DNA of 64,000 nucleotides from NCBI RefSeq assembly GCF_009914755.1, contig NC_060935.1; one strand, written 5' to 3'. The notes beneath the pieces are model-generated. The model was not told where the DNA came from. It saw only the letters and a list, made by a program, of their open reading frames with translations, and did not search any database. The translations under genes and the position numbers were made by a program. Positions 45,729 to 61,689 of this stretch are shown in pieces. This stretch comes from the human T2T-CHM13v2.0 reference genome, Homo sapiens. The first letter of the stretch is position 1; the number at the start of each line of letters is the position of its first letter.

Positions 45729-48560
45729 ATTACCCCCCTCCCTTTTATAGGAGAACGCTTAATCCTAAGGGCTGCAGAGGGACACAGATCCATCTTCTAT
45801 AACTTCTTCATGCTGAATAGGGGTAATGATATTCCTGCCTAACTATTAGAGTCTCTTGTATTCAGGGAAGAGAGCAGCTCAGTCAGAAAGCATCAGTATG
45901 GTGAGGGCCATTCATAACTCTTAAGTTCCAACAAAAGGTAATATCTGGAAGAATAATAAGTATTTAAGAAAACATTTAGTAAGCGTATGCTGCATTCCTA
46001 CACAAAATGTACAACCACAATACATTCCACAACAGTAAAGCAAAATAAGTAAAATTATCCCAAGTAAATGAAATTAAAAAGCTTTCCGTGAACTGGGCAA
46101 CTGTTGGAACCAAGCTGATATGGAGTCACTAGCTGATTCCAAAATGAGCCCAGAATTAGAATATTGGTTTAGATTTTTACATTACCCAACCCTCTTGTTA
46201 CCTCTGAGCAGCAGCCAGAGATTACTGGTTGTTTCACAGAAATAAGCAGGGTTAGTCTAAACTGCAGACAAAAACTAAAAAACAACTGAGACTAGAATCT
46301 AATAACAGGTGTAACATAGTTTTTGAAACATAATTTTTCTCTCCCCAGTCTCCCATGTTTACTAAAGACAAATAATGGTAAGACCAATTTGTTTTATTAT
46401 ACTTGGCCTGATTATTTGTATGAAGTGCAGCAAGAATAATTATTTGCCACACAGGCTTCTTTTAATTGGCTTTGATTGAACTTTTGTTCCATAAGGAACC
46501 TCAGATAAGACTGTTTTTAAAGCCAGGCCCAGCCATGGGTTTCTACCCTCAAATACCTATATGAGTTGGGTAAATTCCTCTCCTCTTGGGTAAATTAAAG
46601 GTAACTTGGGCTCCTGGACCTGTTAGAAAGTGACATTCTTGACTTACCAGATCGGGAACCCTGCACAGGGATTGTGTCGACAAGGTATGAGGTCAGTTTT
46701 CCCAAGGGGCTTCTATTGGCTCTACAAGTCAAGTTTGATTCCTTAAAGGGAAGCATACCATTCCAGTCAAGGCCTTGGTAAAATAATCAGTTTCTCCAAT
46801 TGTGTCCTGTGACAAATGAAAACAGACCCTTATTACACTTATGCAAATAATTATATTGCCATAAGCTAAGAATACTCACAACTAGTTACCAAATTCTGGA
46901 GAAATCAGGTGGAGAGAAATACAAATGCTCCAAATTTTGTTTATAGGAGTATATTTTACTCAATTGCTACAAGCTGTAAATAACTAAAAATAAAAGTTTT
47001 CTTGACTCTGAAAAACAAAGGATCTGCAACATTTTAAGCAAAAAAACCAAAAAGATTTTATGTAACAATTGTAACTATTAAAAACACATATTAGAAATAT
47101 AGGAGTTTCTCATAATTTTGGAACACATTTATACAAATAAACCCCAAAGAAAGCCAAGCACCATTTTATATTTGACTATACTTCCTGTATGACTTTTATA
47201 CCAAATAAGCCAAATGTTATTTTTAGATTAGTATACTATTAATGTTAAATCTTATCCTTAATAAAACTTTGTAGACATATCTACCCAATTTTAATGTTCT
47301 TCTTCATAAGCCTTTTATAATCCTTTACAAGTTTTTGTTAAAGAGATCAGTGCTAAGAAAAACCTGTTGTACTTTTATTCCAATTTTCAATTAATGGAAA
47401 AAAACTGAATAATACCCCTTTAATTTTAGCCAATATGTCCACACGCAGAATTGCTTTTACAATTAATTTTTCACAAACCTTCCACAACTTGCTTAAACCT
47501 TCAGCTTTGTCTTTTTTAACTTAAAGCAATCCTCTTTAAACTAGGCAAAAAAGTCCACATTCCCATGACTTCTTATAATCTTTTACCAAAAACACATTTC
47601 ATTGTCCTTACACTCCTTGCATATAAAATTGCTTTTCTTTCCCAAAGATTATTTAAGTCACATGGACTAAAAAGCATAACAATTTTTACTTTTCTGACAA
47701 AATATGTGATTTAAGCACTTATTATTTTTAAGCCAATCAAATCTCTTTCATATATAAACAATACAAAGACAGAAGGAGATCTAGTACTCGTAAGATATTT
47801 CATTTGCCAGTTTCTTAATTGGATTACTGGTTTCAGGGTGGAGCCCTAGGAGGAACAGAGCCAGGAAAGCATGCAGTTTCTACAGCAAGCAGGCCCAGCT
47901 GAAAGGCAAAACAGATCCCCCCAATGAAGGGTTCCATATTTATATCAAATCTTGGATCCCAGAAAGAGGGAATCAGCCCATCCCATGGAAGACTTATCTC
48001 TCAGTGAGGGGTGGGGACATCTCCATATTTCTAGGTGGCCAAGAACATGCTTCTCTGATCCAAACGTGTGAAAAGTTGAGTATCCCCCATAACTGCTGTT
48101 AGCTGTCCCCAAAAGCATATTTCCTACCTAGTTATTACACACCAAAGCTCTCTCACAATGCGAAGTAATTTCTGACACCCCCAAAACTCAAAAACATCAG
48201 ATAACACAATGCAAAACAGAAGAAAGCCTTAGGATTTTGAAAGGGATCTATCCACTTCTGATTTCTGTGGTTTCATGAGGAAAACAGAGGTTTTTCCCAA
48301 AACGGGGTCTGTAGCACCTCCTGTTTTTCCCAGGGTGTCCCACGCTGTTAGAACTTGAATATCCACTTTTCATTAAGCTGACTTTTAACCATAGCACTCT
48401 TTTTAAAAAGTCCTTTTAAATTTCTTATTACCCAACTTTAGCCAGGCCAAACAGCCAATATTTCTGTGCTCAGAGAAAGAAAAATTCAAGATGGTTCATG
48501 GAGGGGAAGAGAATCATCAAATGGTAAGGGTCAAACAGATATCAAATAGGAAAGGAGTTA

Positions 48561-48632
48561 TTCTCTAAGCCAGGAATTGAACCCAGGCTGCCACTATAAA
48601 ATGGTGAAGTCTTAACCACTGAGCCACAGCAC
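48561..48632 (-). other. tRNA-Glu-like sequence embedded in the ERV leader (not a canonical tRNA gene)
   Basis: Minus strand gtggctcagtggttaagacttcaccattttatagtggcagcctgggttcaattcctggcttagagaa; A box TGGCTCAGTGG (48626-48616), B box GGTTCAATTCC (48583-48573); spacing colinear with tRNA-Glu. Confidence 0.65.
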
Positions 48633-49266
48633 TGGGCAGTTTCCATTGCCCTTCCCAGGAGCCTACAGCAGCTAATTTTGAGCTTTCAAAGGCCTTTAAC
48701 TGCTCAAGATAATTTTTAGGGTTACTCACATGAACCCCAAAATTCCTGTCCTCCAGATGGCAGAAATCAAGAGAAAGCACCACCACATGGTTACGAGGTC
48801 AAGCTCCCAAGGACATAACTGGCTAGTTAAATGAAGTCTCCAGAAAATGACAGTGAAACGGAGACAGCAACCAAGAAATTGATTCATGTAGCAAAAAGGA
48901 CAAGGCAGGTTAATACAAAGAGCATAGCAGTTAACATCCCCTGGTGCCAAACCCATTCTTAGCTAAAAGGGACCTTACTGAATGGGGCATCTAACCCCTT
49001 AAATCTTAGCAAGGACTCTAACCTTTCTAAGTTGGGCTTCCAACCCAGGTTTGGTCAGGCATCATTGTCTTTTATTAAGAGGGGCCTCTAATCCTGTCTG
49101 TTTTAGGAGGGACTCTAACTCCTCTAAGTTGGGCCTCTAACCCAACCCCTTTTACCCCAGTAAATGCACCCCACTTACCCAAAGTCAGCCAATCTGTGTG
49201 TGCAGATGATTTTCCTTTGGATCGGGGGTTTCTTCAGTTTTATCTCTTTGGGGTTCATGAGAAAGA

Positions 49267-49802
49267 TGATACAGAAAGGGGTCCCAATCCAGATCCCAAG
49301 GGAGGGTTCTTGGCTTTCATACAAGAAAGTATTTGAGGTGAATCCATAAAGTGAAGCCAAGTTTATTAGGAAAGTAGGGGGATAAAAGAATAGGCAGAGC
49401 AGCCCTGAGGGCTGTTGGTTGCCCATTTCTATGGTTATTTCTTGATAATATGCTAAACAAGTGGTGGATTATTCATGTCTCCCTTTTTTAGACAATATAG
49501 GTTAACTTCCTGATGTTGCCATGGCATTTGTAAACTGTGGGAGCGCTGGTGGGAGTGTAGCAGTGAGGATGACCAGAGGTCACTCTCATTACCATTTTGC
49601 TTTTGGTGGGTTTTAGATGGCTTCTTTACTGCAACTTCTTTTGTCAGCAAGGTCTTTATGATCTGTATCTTGTGTCAACTTCCTATCTCATCCTGTGACT
49701 TAGAATGCCTAACCATTTGGGAATTCAGTCCTGTAGGTCTTTGCCTTGCTTTACTCAGCTTCTATTCAAGATGGAGTTGCTCTGGTTTAAACACCTCTGA
49801 CA
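49267..49802 (-). repeat. 5' LTR (MER41A-like)
   Basis: TG...CA termini on the minus strand; AATAAA in R; followed by a degenerate primer-binding-site region. Confidence 0.88.
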
Positions 49803-51899
49803 GTCCTATGTGATATTGGGTTGAGACTCCTCAAACCAGCTGTTCTATATAATTGTTTGTTGGGGGTTGGGGATATTTAGAAAATACTGATTCCTGAGAC
49901 TTACAGCTGGATAATCCAATTTAGTAGTCATTAGGTGGAACCCAGAATGGATCTCATTCATTGTCTAAATCCCAGAATATCACCTGGTACTTAGTATAAC
50001 ATGCATTAAGTATTTGTTGAAAAAATTAATAAATGAATAAATAAAATGAATGCTTCCTTTCTCTAATAAGTTGGAAATTATTTAAAGACCCGTTCAGTGC
50101 CCTGTCCATTTTTATAGTCACTAAAATACTTTCTATAGTTCATTCATTTAAAAAAAATGTATTGAAGGTCTATTATGTGCCAGCCATCTAAGTTCTATAG
50201 TAGCAAACAAATCTAATATGGTATTAAACAAAAAATTCTAATGAGGAAATAAGCAATAACTAATTTTTACATATATGTATTTATATTAATACATGACGTT
50301 ACACAGCAATAGCTCCTTCAATATTGTGAGCACATGTGTGGCTTTTGTATGAATTACAAGAGGAGCCCCATCTCCCAGAAGGATCGTCTCCCTGAAGGAT
50401 CTTCTACCTAAATTTGTAATTGTGGTGTAACAACAAGTTCTGTGGAATGGCTTCACTGGAGGCCTTAGAACGGTCCCTGAATTTTGTGCCCTTCAATAGT
50501 GACTAAAATGCCTTTATAAAACTTTAAATCAGAAGACCATGATGGCAAGCCTTAGAATCCAGAAGCTGTCTTGGAAAATACTCTGTATCTCAAATTAAGC
50601 AGTAAGAGCCTTTACTGAGGCCGTCTTTAGAAACAGGATCTCCTCAGGCCCATTTATAGCTCTGAGCCATTCTGCTTCCTACTAAGGGAACTTCTAGGGA
50701 CAAGGCCACCACTTTCAGCCAAACACTCATGGTCAAAGCACGGTCATTGGCTCCCCAGGAATGTTTCCCTCTCCCCTTCTTTGGCTCTGCTTTAGCATAC
50801 AAATACTGCTCCAGCATCTCTGTTTTCTGTGGCGCCAGGAAGACTGAGTCCCGTGACTGCAGGGGCTGGTAGGATGAGCACTGCAGGCTGCACGAGGTCG
50901 GCCAGGGCCCATTAACCTCCTATTCAAGCTCATTGTTTTACAAGTGATCATCGCCACTTCGCTGCCCAGTCAGAAGCAAGTAGCAGCTTTACGGCCTACT
51001 TAAAGAAAATGGCTCAGCACTTAGGCATTTTCTGGTGCCACAGGGTTCAAAGTGAAATTAATTTCCATTACCGCCTATAATAAATCACCTCACCCAACAC
51101 ATGTATGAAATTCCATTCAGTAGACTCAAGTCATTCTGGGGCCACACAGAAGAGCATGCACACTTCAGCTTGCGCGTAATTTCTCTGCTTGGATAGAGCT
51201 GATGGGGCCCTGCAAACGATTAGGTTCCAAGAGAGCTGATGGGATGTGAAGCAGTCCTAAAACACACAGATAGGAACCCTGCCTGAGGATCCTGGGTTTA
51301 GTTAGAGGAGAAGGGGGAGTTCTTTCTTTCTTGGAACACTTTTTGGTGGCCCTTTCCCTCTCTCTCTCTCTGTCCTCTCTGGGGCCTTATCACAGTCATA
51401 GATACACAGACGCTTGTGGTAGGGACAGTAGAAGCCCCTCTGATGTCAGAATCTGGATCTGGTTGGAAACTCTTGGAGGTCTTTTGTGGGGAATGTGTGT
51501 GGCTAGTCATTCTGAGTCTCAATCATTTTATGAAAGAAACTGCGGAATGATTGTAAGTCCCTCATACAGCCAGAGAATGAAGAAAGTAAATAGCAAGGTA
51601 CGGCATCACTGAGACAAATCCACAGAAGCCGGAAGGATGGTGAATATGACTCACATTCAGCGAATCATGCCTCAGGAATTTAAGCTACAGAGGCCCAGAA
51701 TCTTCGAGCTGGAAGAGATCTTACAGCGTGTTGAGTCCAATCCCCATGGGCTAGAGATAGGAAATGAGGAAAACAGAGACATGAGATTATAATAGTAATC
51801 GCTACTGTTTATTAGGCCCCCATTCTGTGCCTTCAAGGTACTAATTTGTAACATTTGTATTGATTAAGCCCCATGGCAATTCTAGGAAATTGTCTTTTT

Positions 51900-52325
51900 T
51901 ATGTTTTTAAACAGATTTATATTTACAGAGAAATGGAGAAGATAGTGCAGAAAGTTTCCATATACTCCATAACCAGTTTATCTTATTATTAATAGTTCAC
52001 ATTGGTGTAGTACTTTTATTATAATATATGAACCACTATTGTTACCTTATTATTAACTAAAGTTCATGCTTCATTCCAATGATTTCCTTAGCTTTTACCT
52101 AATGTCCTTTTTCTATGTCAGGAGCTCATCCAGGTTACCACATTACATTTAGTTGTCATGTTTACCTAAGCTCTTCTGTGACAGTTTCTCAGACTTTCCT
52201 TGTTTTTGATAACCTTGACAGTTTTGAAGAGCTCCAATTAGGTATTTTTTTAGAATGCCACTTTATTGGAATTTGTCTGATCTTCTTCTCCATGATTGGA
52301 CTGGGGTTACAGGCTTTTGGAAGGT
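51900..52325 (-). mobile_element. L1MC-type 3' fragment
   Basis: tttacagagaaatggagaagatagtgcagaaagtttccatatac...cattacatttagttgtcatg. Confidence 0.65.
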
Positions 52326-52572
52326 GAGGTAGGTATTTTTATCCTCCTTTGCAAATGAGAAAACAAACACTTAGTGAAATAAGGGGAATTAAGTCATGTC
52401 ACTAATATAAGTAATGAAGTCAGGTTTGGAACCCAAGTCTTTCTGAATCTAGAGATCAAGTTCTTAACCATCACATTGCTTTCCTGTAGCCCTATTAGTT
52501 GAAAGCCCAACGAGGACTTAAATCTGAAATCCAATTTGGTGTTCTTTCACAGAGACAGATGGTTGCAGCAAT

Positions 52573-52626
52573 AGGTAGGTAGGTAAGTAGGTAGATAGGT
52601 AAGTAGATGGATAGATTGATGATAGA
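52573..52626. repeat. Degenerate (TAGG)n/(TAGA)n repeat
   Basis: Direct reading. Confidence 0.8.
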
Positions 52627-53063
52627 CTCTTTATAAATGTCTCACGATGACATGTGTAACACAGTCTTACCATAAACACTCAAGCACCATAGACATATAT
52701 GAGATGATAGTGCCTTGTAAGCACTCTACAATAATTGTTACTGTTAGGTGTAGAGCCGTCCAATTTTTCTATGCTTATGCCATGCATAATTTTTGTTGGC
52801 ATGCATAATTATGCCAACATAATTTTTAATGGAAGTGTATTATACATACTGTTCTGCAAGGTTTTTTCTTAATAATATATCACACAATTTTATGAACTAT
52901 ACATTTGAGTTTGACTTCGAACTTTCTGTGTACTCTTAGTTAACTGATTCCTTATAAATGGACATCAGGTATCTCAATTTACTGCTGGTGCTCTTTCCCT
53001 TAACATGGTGGACCTAAAAATTCAGCAATCATGAGTATCATTTGGGGAGTGCATTAAACTACT

Positions 53064-53445
<382 letters not shown>

Positions 53446-54829
53446 CTATAGATTCTTATTGAAAAGGTTTGTCAGAATTTAGATTTTTTTTTTTTATGAA
53501 CACATATTTTTTTTCTCTAGGGGAGTAGAGATGGTAGTGATTTTGGGACCATACTAATTTGGAAACAAAGTCTAGTCTTCCTCTTTGTATCTTGCCAGTA
53601 TAAGTCCTTCCTTCATTTGGATAGAAGTAATCCATTCTGACATACAAACTTCAGAAACTCCAACTGGCTCCAGTGAAACACATCTGCATATGTGATTTTG
53701 ACAAATAAATGCTCGGAATGGACTTGCTTTACTGGCAAAACAGGTATTACAGTATATGCTGGGGGCAAATTAGGATGGGTCTCATTTGTACCCTCCAACA
53801 GTCTGAGGGATAAGCAGATCAGGTATCTTGTACCATTTTATGAATGAACAAAGTGCTTGAGTCTTAGAGGGGCTTGTGAAGATCACACTAGCTTGAGTGA
53901 TCAACTCACAGCAACCAGGCCAGTGCTGCCAAGACTTTCACTTATTGCAGAAGTCATTTTCCCCATGGTGGGAAGTCCATCCGTTGGTAACTTCAACCTT
54001 CCATCTTGAAGTATTGTGGCTTAGGTGGAGGGATTTTCTTCTACCCAATTTTAGTATAAAAAACATCCCAGGGAATGGATTCTGATTGGTCCACATTTGA
54101 AACATGCCAAAATCTAGACCTACCTCTATAGCCAAAGGGGTGGAAACTGCAACTGGTCAGACTAGGGTCATGTGCCTAACCATGAAGTCCCATCAGAATT
54201 ACAGGTAGAAAAGAGGAAGATGCAGCTCCCTAAAGCAAAAAGATGGGGACTGGACACAGTTACCAGAAGAAAAGGAAGAGCACTGGCCAGACAAAAACAG
54301 CCCATGTTCACCACAGGCTCTCTGTATATAACACTTTGCATTTGTAGAACTGTATCATTGTGAAAACACTGTTACACATAATTTCCTCAATATAAAGATC
54401 CATTGGTAATTAGCAATACCTGTTAACTTTAAAACAAAAATGTGTTAAAGTCCTTTAGGAAGTTTGCTTTTTAAAGAATATGCCATAATTCCAAATATTC
54501 CTTGGTCAAATGAACATACCATGCTGATTGTCCACTTGGAGACATATACTGCAGATCAGTGTATTCATATTAAAGGCTACCAGAAGTTCCTGAAGCAAAG
54601 AACCCTGTTTAGCTTATTTTTCCAACCATTTCCCAAAGTAATTTTACTATGAAATTGTCTTATATTCTCCTTGGCTATAACTATCCATTCACTTGGAACT
54701 AGAGTCCTACAAAACTCGTCGGAGGAAATGCTATACCATTCAATTCATCAGCAAATTATTTTTTATTAGCAATTAGTAGTAAACTTCAGCCAAATCAAAC
54801 GATTTCAACTTTTAGCAGGCACAGTCTCA

Positions 54830-55650
54830 ATTAGTAGTGTTTTGTACAGAAAATAGGAGTCCACAACTAGCTCCACTACGTCAGAGCATTCCAAGCATAT
54901 CAGACAGAGTGATTCTTTTCTATAAACAACATTTCATAACATTTCCTTTATCATCCTAAAATGAAGGTCATAGATAATGTAGGCTACCTACCCATAAAAT
55001 TTCAAAAAAGATTCATATTATACCTTAACTATAACAGAAATAAAATAAAAGTAAAATAATTTAAAATAAATTAACATCTATCTCAATATGTAAACGCTTA
55101 GCTACCACTACACCAGAACATCTACTGAAGTAATCACACACTTGCACTTATAACTTATACATTAAATATCTAGGAATGTGACAGCAACAAATGCAGACCG
55201 ATAAGAAGGTGTGGTATTGATAACTCAAATTCCCTAAGGTGTGTTGCTATCAATGATGTGATTTTTCTCAAAGGGTGAACTACTCTTGGTAAAGTTCTAC
55301 ACAGGATACAGAAGTCTTTTTTATTCACATGGTAGTTGCCTTGCTGGAAAATTCGGTGTACACCCTATGTTAATAGGTAAAATTCAGCTCAATTTTAAAC
55401 TCAATTAACTCTAAGTAGACTGTTTGATTGATTTACCTATATGATGGCTTAGTGGGACATTCAAAAGTCCTACAAGACAGAGAACAATTCTTCCTAAGTG
55501 GCCCACATATTAAAATTCACTTTGAATCCCTGGTCCCAGCCCACACTAAATGCCAGTAGTGCCTCTTGCAGTAATTTGACAACCAAAACATCCCGACAAA
55601 TTTCCAAAATGCCCCCATGGTACAAAATTGCCTCCTTTGAGAACCACTAT
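54830..55650. mobile_element. hAT-Charlie (MER20B-like) remnant
   Basis: 3' end tgacaaccaaaacatccc...aaattgcctcctttgagaaccact resembles the MER20-family terminus; left boundary uncertain. Confidence 0.45.
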
Positions 55651-55745
55651 GATATAAATTATGTTTTCTCTTGCAGTTAAATTTTGTATTGTAATGAAAG
55701 TCCTTAGATATGAACAAGAAAACTGGAAATAGAAAATTCATTGTC

Positions 55746-56782
55746 GCGGATTCGAGCCAAGATGGCCAATTAGGAACAGCTCCCGTCTGCAGCTCCCAGC
55801 GTAAGCAATGCAGAAGATGGGTGATTTCTGCATTTCCATCTGAGGTACCAGGTTCATCTCACTAGGGAGTGCAAGACAGTGGGTGCAGGACAGTGGGTGC
55901 AGCGCACCATGCACGAGCTGAAGCAGGGCGAGGCATTGCCTCACTCGGGAAGCACAAGGGGTCAGGGAGTTCCCTTTCCTAGTCAAAGAAAGGGGTGACA
56001 GATGGCACCTGGAAAAATCGGGTCACTCCCAGCCCAATACTGCACTTTTCTGACGGGTTTAAAAATGGCACACCAGGAGATTATATCCCGCACTTGGCTC
56101 GGAGGGTCCTATGCCCACGGAGTCTCGCTAATTGTTAGCACAGCAGTCTGAGATCAAACTGCAAGGCGGCAGCCAGGCTGGGGGAGGGGTGCCCGCCATT
56201 GCCCAGGCTTGCTTAGGTAAACAAAGCAGCCAGGAAGCTCGAACTGGGTGGAGCCCACCACAGCTCAAGGAGGCCTGCCTGCCTCTGTAGGCTCCACCTC
56301 TGGGGGCAGGGCACAGACAAACAAAAAGACAGCAGTAACCTCTGCAGACTTAAATGTCCCTGTCTGACAGCTTTGAAGAGAGCAGCAGTTCTCCCAGCAT
56401 GCAGCTGGAGATCTGAGAACGGGCAGACTGCCTCCTCAAGTGGGTCCCTGACCCCTGATCCCCGAGTAGCCTAACTAGGAAGCACCCCCCAGTAGGGGCA
56501 GACTGACACCTCACACAGCCAGGTACTCCTCTGAGACAAAACTTCCAGAGGAACGATCAGACAGCAGCATTCGTGGATCACGAAAATCCGCGGTTCTGCA
56601 GCCACCGCTGCTGATACCCAGGCAAACAGGGTCTGGAGTGGATCTCTAGCAAACTCCAACAGACCTGCAGCTGAGGGTCCTGTCTGTTAGAAGGAAAACT
56701 AACAAACAGAAAGGACATCCACACCAAAAACCCATCTGTACATCACGATCATCAAAGACCAAAAGTAGATAAAACCACAAAG
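55746..56782 (+). promoter_or_regulatory. L1 5'UTR with sense and antisense internal promoters
   Basis: 1037 bp upstream of the ORF1 ATG; YY1 motif retained; many CpG>TpG/CpA changes. Confidence 0.85.
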
Positions 56783-57799
56783 ATGGGGAAAAAACAGAGC
56801 AGAAAAACTGGAAACTCTAAAAAGCAGAGCACCTCTCCTCCTCCAAAGGAATGCAGCTCCTCACCAGCGATGGAACAAAGCTGGATGGAGAATGACTTTG
56901 ACGAGTTGAGAGAAGAAGTCTTCAGATGATCAAACCACTCCGAGCTACAGGAGGAAATTCAAACCAAAGACAAAGAAGTTAAAAACTTTGAAAAAAATTT
57001 AGACAAATGTATAACTAGAATAAACAATACAGAGAAGTGCTTAAAGGAGCTGATGGAGCTGAAAGCCAAGGCTTGAGAACTACATGAAGAATGCAGAAGC
57101 CTCAGGAGCCGATGCGATCAACTGGAAGAAAGGGTATCAGTGATGGAAGATGAAATGAATGAAATGAAGCGAGAAGGGAAGTTTAGAGAAAAAAGAATAA
57201 AAAGAAACGAACAAAGCCTCCAAGAAATATGGGACTATGTGAAAAGACCAAATCTACTTCTGATTGGTGTACCTGAAAGTGATGGGGAGAATGGAACGAA
57301 GTTGGAAAACACTCTGCAGGATATTATCCAGGAGAACTTCCCCAATCTAGCAAGGCAGGCCAACATTCAGATTCAGGAAATACAGAGAACGCCACAAAGA
57401 TACTCCTCGAGAAGAGCAACTCCAAGACACATAATTGTCAGATTCATCAAAGTTGAAAGGAAGGAAAAAATGTTAAGGGCAACAAGAGAGAAAGGTGGGG
57501 TTACCCACAAAGGGAAGCCCATCAGACTAACAGCAGATCTCTCAGCAGAAACTCTACAAGCCAGAAGAGAGGGGGGGCCAATATTCAACATTCTTAAAGA
57601 AAAGAATTTTCAACCCAGAATTTCATATCCAGCCAAACTAAGCTTCGTAAGTGAAGGAGAAATAAAATACTTTACAGACAAGCAAATGCTGAGAGATTCT
57701 GTCAACACCAGGCCTGCCCTAAAAGAGCTCCTGAAGGAAGCACTAAACATGGAAAGGCACAACCGGTACCAGCTGCTGCAAAAACATGCCAAAATGTAA
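56783..57799 (+). pseudogene. L1 ORF1 (338 codons) with two nonsense codons
   Basis: MGKKQSRK start; in-frame TGA at 56927-56929 (codon 49) and 57074-57076 (codon 98); REKG, ARR and YPAKLS motifs downstream. Confidence 0.93.
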
Positions 57800-57847
57800 A
57801 GACCATCGAGACTACGAAGAAACTGCATCAACTAATGAGCAAAATAA

Positions 57848-61689
<3,842 letters not shown>

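Larger units (their letters stand above)
45203..49802 (-). mobile_element. MER41A-type ERV1 provirus: two LTRs and a non-coding internal region
   Basis: Two homologous ~530-bp LTRs (45203-45728, 49267-49802); minus strand of the 5' LTR starts tgtcagaggtgtttaaaccagagcaactccatcttgaatag; polypurine tract next to the 3' LTR; no gag/pol/env ORF in the track. Confidence 0.88.

Noticed and set aside
49240-49266. Assignment of the provirus primer-binding site to a specific tRNA
   Set aside because: Too degenerate (tcatgaaccccaaagagat) to call. It only loosely resembles an Arg-type PBS.
45379-49650. Paired 65-aa ORFs (45379-45576, 49453-49650) as duplicated genes
   Set aside because: They are the same frame in the two LTR copies.
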